Shown here: positions 58,716 to 64,000 of the stretch, one piece after another
Position numbering within the stretch: position 1 is the first letter of the stretch
How the letters are laid out: each line of letters begins with the position of its first letter
Origin: an uncultured Gemmatimonadales bacterium
GTDB taxonomy: Bacteria > Gemmatimonadota > Gemmatimonadetes > Gemmatimonadales > Gemmatimonadaceae
Assembly (NCBI GenBank): GCA_963701965.1
Contig: OY969695.1
Location: 1,824,001-1,888,000, forward strand
DNA length: 64,000 nucleotides
Reading direction: 5' to 3'
The notes under the pieces: model-generated
Databases searched by the model: none
What the model was told of the DNA's origin: nothing
Seen by the model: only the letters and a program-made list of their open reading frames with translations
Made by a program: the position numbers and the translations under genes

Positions 58716-59654
58716 TCATCTCACCGCAACCGCCGGCTCGGAGACCGGCGTCAGCCACCCATAGACATCGGGTGTCTTGCCGCGCACGATGCTCAGATAC
58801 CGTTGTTGTATCGCCCGCGTCACCGGCCCGCGCTGCCCTTCCCCGATCGGAATCCGATCGACGGACCGGATCGGCGTGACTTCCGCCGCCGTGCCGGTGA
58901 AGAACAGCTCGTCCGCGACGTACAGCATCTCCCGCGGAATTTCCTGCTCGCGCGTCTGATACCCGAGATCGCGCGCAATTTGCAAAATCGTGTCGCGCGT
59001 GATCCCGTGCAGGATCGCGCCGCCTTTGGTCGGCGTGTACAGCACATCCTCGCGCACGACGAACAGGTTCTCGCCGCTTCCCTCGGCCACGTGGCCAAAG
59101 GTGTCGAGCATGATCCCTTCGGCGTACCCGTTGACCCGCGCCTCGAGCAGCGACAGCTGCGAGTTGAGGTAGTGCCCGCCCGCCTTGGCCATCGAGGGGA
59201 ACGTGTTGGGCGCCGCCCGGTTCCAGCTGGACACGCACACATCCACGCCCTTCTCCAGCCCCTCGTCGCCGAGATAGCGGCCCCACAGCCACGGGATCAC
59301 GAAGGTCTCGACCGCGTCGGCATCGGGGAGCACGCCCATGCGCTCCCCGGACCGGATCACCAGCGGACGCAGATAGCACTCCCGCAGCTCATTCGTGGCG
59401 CACGTGTCGATGCACGCCTGGAACAGCTCATCGAACGAGAACCGCATCGGAATGCGATAGATCTTGGCCGAGTCGAGCAAACGCCGCAGATGCTCGCGCA
59501 GACGGAAAATGGCACCGCCCGACGGCGTGTCGTAACACCGGATGCCCTCGAACACACTGGATCCGTAGTGCACGACATGGTGCATGACGTGGATCGTCGC
59601 ATCGGGCCAGGCGACGAACTGCCCATCCCGCCAGATTTTCATGTTTTGCGCCAT
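58716..59654 (-). CDS. ilvE: Branched-chain amino acid aminotransferase
   Basis: HYGSSVFEGIR, YLRP, AKAGGHYLNS, EGSGENLF, LHGITR, GTAAEVTP. Confidence 0.96.
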   Translation of the reverse strand: MAQNMKIWRDGQFVAWPDATIHVMHHVVHYGSSVFEGIRCYDTPSGGAIFRLREHLRRLLDSAKIYRIPMRFSFDELFQACIDTCATNELRECYLRPLVIRSGERMGVLPDADAVETFVIPWLWGRYLGDEGLEKGVDVCVSSWNRAAPNTFPSMAKAGGHYLNSQLSLLEARVNGYAEGIMLDTFGHVAEGSGENLFVVREDVLYTPTKGGAILHGITRDTILQIARDLGYQTREQEIPREMLYVADELFFTGTAAEVTPIRSVDRIPIGEGQRGPVTRAIQQRYLSIVRGKTPDVYGWLTPVSEPAVAVR

Positions 59655-61000
59655 GCTTGATGATAACGCCCTCGACCGGTCTCGCGCCACGCTGCGAGCG
59701 CGCGCGCCGACAGGCGTACGCGCTCAGTGACGGCGGGGTCAAGCACGGCGGCGCGCGTGACGTCGCGCCCGGCCACCATGACCAGACGGGCCGCGGTGCC
59801 GGGGAGCGCAAACACCAACGCATGCTCGGGGTCGAACGCGGGAATGCCGCGCGCGTGGTCCAGCGGGAAAGCCGCCAGGTCGGCGTCCTTCCCCGCCTCC
59901 AACGACCCGATGCGGGCATCGAGACCGAGGGCACGCGCGCCGCCCATGGTCGCCATCCACAGCGCTTCGCGCGCCGCGAGCGCGGTCGGCCGACCGGCCC
60001 GCGCATTTTGCATCAGCACCGCCTGCCGCGCCTCGGCCAGCAGATCCATGGCGTTGTTGCTGGCGACGGAATCCGAGCCCAGGCCGACCACGACGCCGGC
60101 GTCGAGCATCGCCCGCACCGGCGCGATCCCGTGACCGAGCTTGGCGTTCGACGCCGGACAATGGGCCACGGGGCACCGCGACTCGGCGATGAACTGAATG
60201 TCGGTCTGATCGACCTGTACGCAGTGGATGAGCAGCGGATGGGCCAGCACGATGCCCATCTCCAGCACCCAATGAACAGGTGAATGAGACCGGCGCACGA
60301 CTTCGATGCCCCGCGCGCGCAGCGCCTCGGCAAACGGACCGTCGCCGTCGCGGAGAAACGCGATTTCGGCGGCGCTCTCCGACAAATGGATCGCCACCGG
60401 CAAACGTTGGCGCATCGCGAACGCGGCGGCGTCGATCATGAGGTCATCGTGGACCGTGTACGGCGCGTGGGGTGACACGCCCAGGGTCACGAGACCGGAT
60501 TCCAGCGGGCGCAGGCGGTGGATGGCCGCCTCCAGCCCCGCCAGCGCGCTATCGTGCTGCTCGGGAGCCGGGCCGAACACCTCTTGATACATGATCCCAC
60601 GCACACCCATCTCGCGCATCGCGGTGATGGCCACGCCGGAGGAACACGTGTCGGCGTAGGTCGTGATGCCGGCCGCCAACCCTTCGGCCAGGCCGACGCG
60701 CGCGCCGTCGAGCATCGCGGCCTCATCGAGCACCGCGCCGCGGGCCTCGGTCAACGCCCGGATCCAAGGCACGAAGTCCAACCCTTCCAGGAACCCGCGC
60801 ATCCCGGTCAACTCGAGGTGCGTATGCGCGTTGACCAGTCCGGGCATGAGCACGGCATCTCCCAGGTCCCGATCTTCGCCCCGCGGTGCGTCGCGCCGGG
60901 GGCCCACCCAGGCGATCCTCCCCCCATCGACGACGACGGTGCCGTCGGCGATGGCGGGAGCAGTCATTGGCAGCACCCACCGCGCGTGATAGCGAATCAC
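59639..61000 (-). CDS. Amidohydrolase (MTA/SAH deaminase-like)
   Basis: PGLVNAHTH, SPHAPYT, IHLSES, HCPASNAKL, GLGSDS. Confidence 0.9.
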   Translation of the reverse strand: MIRYHARWVLPMTAPAIADGTVVVDGGRIAWVGPRRDAPRGEDRDLGDAVLMPGLVNAHTHLELTGMRGFLEGLDFVPWIRALTEARGAVLDEAAMLDGARVGLAEGLAAGITTYADTCSSGVAITAMREMGVRGIMYQEVFGPAPEQHDSALAGLEAAIHRLRPLESGLVTLGVSPHAPYTVHDDLMIDAAAFAMRQRLPVAIHLSESAAEIAFLRDGDGPFAEALRARGIEVVRRSHSPVHWVLEMGIVLAHPLLIHCVQVDQTDIQFIAESRCPVAHCPASNAKLGHGIAPVRAMLDAGVVVGLGSDSVASNNAMDLLAEARQAVLMQNARAGRPTALAAREALWMATMGGARALGLDARIGSLEAGKDADLAAFPLDHARGIPAFDPEHALVFALPGTAARLVMVAGRDVTRAAVLDPAVTERVRLSARALAAWRETGRGRYHQAWRKT

Positions 61001-61740
61001 CGGCGGCCGTGCACCGTCGGGTCGTACAGGTTCTCGTCTCGCACACCAACGGTTCTTGTCATCGCCAACGGGAAGGCGAGATCGCCGACTTGGTCCTCCG
61101 TATGGCCGTCCGACCCGAGCGAGAGTCGCCCGCCTTCGGCGGCGGCCCGGCGCACGAAGCGCTCGTGGGCGCGATAACGGTTCGAGACCTCGAAGGCGAT
61201 ACCAGCCGCGGCGAGCGCACGGACCGCGCGCGTCTCGCGTTCCTCGGTCCACAGCGTCTCCAACGGGAGCCCGCGATACGGCAGGGGGAGGAGCGTGGGG
61301 TGGGCCAGAATATCCACGGGCATCTCGGCGGCAAACCGCTCGAGATTGGCGACGTGGGCGTCCATGTACGCGTCGGGCGTCAGCCCTTCGGGCAGGGCCC
61401 GCTGCCACATGTTGATCAAGGTCCCATCGTCCAGCGTGATGGCATGCAAGGACCCAATGCGATGCGTGAACCGCCGCACCACCGCGTCGGGCAGCTCGCG
61501 CCACAGCGTGTCGTGCCAATCGAATTCCGCGCTCCGCCCCACATCGAGCGCCGAGAGGGCGTCGAGATACTCGCTCAGCGCCTCGGTCGAGCCGAGGGTG
61601 GTGTTGGAGACGAGCGACGCATGATCCGAGATGCTGGGCCGCACCCCGCGGGCCCGCACCCGATCGACCAGTTCCGCGGGCGTGAGCGTGCCGTCGGAAT
61701 AGATCGTGTGGGCGTGGCAGTCAAACGGCTGCCAGCTCAC
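60997..61740 (-). CDS. PHP-domain phosphoesterase
   Basis: DCHAHTIYSDG, ISDH, IGSLH, LAHP, LGSDGH. Confidence 0.88.
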   Translation of the reverse strand: MSWQPFDCHAHTIYSDGTLTPAELVDRVRARGVRPSISDHASLVSNTTLGSTEALSEYLDALSALDVGRSAEFDWHDTLWRELPDAVVRRFTHRIGSLHAITLDDGTLINMWQRALPEGLTPDAYMDAHVANLERFAAEMPVDILAHPTLLPLPYRGLPLETLWTEERETRAVRALAAAGIAFEVSNRYRAHERFVRRAAAEGGRLSLGSDGHTEDQVGDLAFPLAMTRTVGVRDENLYDPTVHGRR

Positions 61741-63965
61741 GGACGCGGAGTAGTGGAATTCGGGGGAACCGTCCGCGGGACCGCGTCGGCCGGCGAGCGG
61801 CCGGGCGTCGCCAACGGCTCGGGGGCCGTCACCGGCAAATGCTGCAACGTATCGCCGACCGACGTGTTGCTCGCACTGTGGACGTTGCACTCCTGCACGG
61901 GCTCGGTGCCCGGGAGGTACCACTCGGTGACCACGATGGGCGCGGGACAGTACGGGTTCTTGAGGAGTCCCGTCGTGCGGTCGATGTCGCGCGCCACGAG
62001 TCCATCGGGCCGCGGCCAGTCTGGCGGCGCCGGCTTCCGGCGATACACCTCGTTCATGAACGCCGTCCACGCGGGCGCGGCCAGGATGCCGCCCTGCGCA
62101 TTGACCTTGATCTTGGTCGGCCGATCCATGCCGATCCAGACGCCCGCGACAATGTCGGCCGTGTACCCGATGAACCAGACATCATTGCCGTCGTTCGTGG
62201 TGCCGGTCTTTCCGCCCGCCGGCAGATGGAAGCCGCCCAGGGACACGGCGCTAAACGCCGTGCCGTGGAGGATGACGTCCTTCATCATGTCCACCATGAG
62301 CCAGGCTTCCGTCGCGGAGAGGACCGGCACCGTGATGATCGACGGCTCCCAGAGCACTTGGCCCTGCGCGTTCTCGACGCGGGTGATGGCCATCGGCGCC
62401 ACCCGCTGCCCGAGGTTGGCGAACGCCGAGTAGGAGGAGACCATCTCGATGGGGTACACGCTTTCGGAGCCGATGTAGATCGACGGGTACGGGTGGATCG
62501 GCGTCGAGATGCCGAACCGCCGGGCCTCGTCGATTACGCTCTGGGGCCCGAGCTCCATGCCCAGCCGGATGGCCACCATGTTCCGGGACTGGTACAGCCC
62601 CCGGCGCATGGTCATGAGGCCGAAGAATTTCCCATCGTCGTCTTTGGGCGTCCACAACGAGCCGTCGTATTGCTCGATCGAGAGCGGCGAGTCGTCCACC
62701 ATGTACGAGGGCGGGCGTCCGTTCTGGATCGCGTCCGCGTAGACGATCGGCTTGAACGACGAGCCGGGCTGCCGGAGCGCTTGCGTGCAGCGGTTGAACT
62801 TGGAGTCATCGAAGTCGCGGCCGCCCACCATGGCGCGTACGGCGCCCGTGCGGGGCTCGAGGGCGACGAAGCACCCCTGCAGATACGGCGAGTTGGGCAC
62901 ATCCGCCTGCTCGCCGGACGCGTTGCGGGCGATGTACTGCTCATAGGTCGTGTGCGGAAACTTCCCGTAACGGCCGCCCTCGATCCCCCGCAGCTGCTGT
63001 TCCAGCGCGCGGTCGGCGGCGGACTGCATGTCGGGGTCGAGCGTCGTATAGACCTTGAGGCCCTGTTCGTAAAGCGAGCGGCCAAACTGGGCATCGAGTT
63101 GCTGGCGCACCCATTCGACGAAATACGGCGCGACGTCGCCCGACTCGCGGCGCCGCGCCAGCTGCAGCGGATAGGCGCGCGCCTCGCTGGCCGCGACGTC
63201 GGTCACGACGCCGCTCCGGCGCATGAGCTCGATCACCGTGTTGCGCCGCGTGACCGCGCGCTCGGGAAAGCGCTTGGGGTTGTAGCGTTCCGGGCCTTTC
63301 GGAAGCGCCGCGAGGGTGGCCGCCTCCGCCAGGTTCAGCTCGCGCGCCGACTTGCCAAAGTACCGCTGCGCCGCGGCCTCCACGCCATAGGCGCCGTTCC
63401 CGAGGTAGATCTGGTTCAGATACAGCTCGAGAATCGTGTCTTTCGGGTACTTGGCCTCGATCGCCCGCGCCACCTTCGCTTCTTTCAGCTTGCGAATGAG
63501 CGTTTTCTCACGCGTCAGCGCCTCGGGGAAAATATTCCGGGCGAGCTGCATGGTGATCGTGGAGAACCCTTGGGCGTAGGTGCGCGCAATGATATCGCGG
63601 CCCAGGGCGCCGCCAACCCGACGCCAGTCGATCCCGGCGTGCTCGTAGAAGCGCTTATCCTCGGTCACGACGAAGGCATCGCGCACCGGCTTGGGGATCT
63701 CGTTGAGCCGCAGCAGGGTGCGGCGCTCGAGGCCCAGCTCGGCGAGGAAACTGCCGTCCGCGGCGTACAGCTTGGACGTCTGCCGGGGCTGGAAACCCTT
63801 GAGGACGTCTACGGAGGGGCACCGGTCATCCCGGCACACCAGCTCCCACGCGGCGTACCCGAAGCCGGCGCCGAAGCAGATGAGGAACGTGATTGATAGG
63901 AGGCCGGCCCGCACGAGCCGCGGGTGGCTGCGCCACGACGCCGCGATCGTCTTCCTAGGGGACAA
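61737..63965 (-). CDS. Class A penicillin-binding protein (PBP1A family)
   Basis: EDKRFYEH, GFSTITMQLARN, RKLKE; QPGSSFK, SRN, GKTGT. Confidence 0.96.
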   Translation of the reverse strand: MSPRKTIAASWRSHPRLVRAGLLSITFLICFGAGFGYAAWELVCRDDRCPSVDVLKGFQPRQTSKLYAADGSFLAELGLERRTLLRLNEIPKPVRDAFVVTEDKRFYEHAGIDWRRVGGALGRDIIARTYAQGFSTITMQLARNIFPEALTREKTLIRKLKEAKVARAIEAKYPKDTILELYLNQIYLGNGAYGVEAAAQRYFGKSARELNLAEAATLAALPKGPERYNPKRFPERAVTRRNTVIELMRRSGVVTDVAASEARAYPLQLARRRESGDVAPYFVEWVRQQLDAQFGRSLYEQGLKVYTTLDPDMQSAADRALEQQLRGIEGGRYGKFPHTTYEQYIARNASGEQADVPNSPYLQGCFVALEPRTGAVRAMVGGRDFDDSKFNRCTQALRQPGSSFKPIVYADAIQNGRPPSYMVDDSPLSIEQYDGSLWTPKDDDGKFFGLMTMRRGLYQSRNMVAIRLGMELGPQSVIDEARRFGISTPIHPYPSIYIGSESVYPIEMVSSYSAFANLGQRVAPMAITRVENAQGQVLWEPSIITVPVLSATEAWLMVDMMKDVILHGTAFSAVSLGGFHLPAGGKTGTTNDGNDVWFIGYTADIVAGVWIGMDRPTKIKVNAQGGILAAPAWTAFMNEVYRRKPAPPDWPRPDGLVARDIDRTTGLLKNPYCPAPIVVTEWYLPGTEPVQECNVHSASNTSVGDTLQHLPVTAPEPLATPGRSPADAVPRTVPPNSTTPRP

Positions 63966-64000
63966 CGGACACTCGGCTCCTCATGAGTACAGTCTACAAA

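Overview
64 kb of GC-rich bacterial chromosome, probably Gemmatimonadota (inferred from gene content and order, not from a search). There are two tRNA-anchored accessory regions. The left one (1-10.7 kb) lies downstream of a minus-strand tRNA-Ala/Val/Arg(ACG) operon and has a decayed tRNA-Arg att copy at ~2.56 kb. The right one (14.2-30.9 kb) follows tRNA-Arg(CCG) and starts with a one-gene islet bounded by a perfect 44-bp tRNA 3' duplication. Their cargo is mostly hydrolases and catabolic or regulatory modules, several gene remnants and an orphan toxin-like nuclease; I found no integrase. The rest is core-like: sigma-70 factor, mlaF, MutS-like ATPase, mlaD, rho-ruvX-mltG-thiE, rlmI-like methyltransferase, mutM, Tat-type tldD/E, tdh-kbl, MPG, NYN-LOTUS protein, NtrY/X-like pair, HNH nuclease, ilvE and PBP1A. 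Main observations: (1) seven, possibly eight, independent frameshifts repair to the same pentamer AGATG/CATCT, which suggests a DNA modification at that motif causing base-calling errors; (2) a strongly structured minus-strand RNA leader with a terminator, an alternative pairing and a doubly ATGA-coupled 47-codon ORF precedes the HNH gene; (3) two small proteins absent from the ORF track (a 51-aa protein behind a sigma-54-type promoter and a 29-aa Lys-rich peptide) converge on one terminator; (4) a shared ArsR-type operator defines a small PLP-enzyme regulon. All calls come from reading motifs by eye; no database searches were run.
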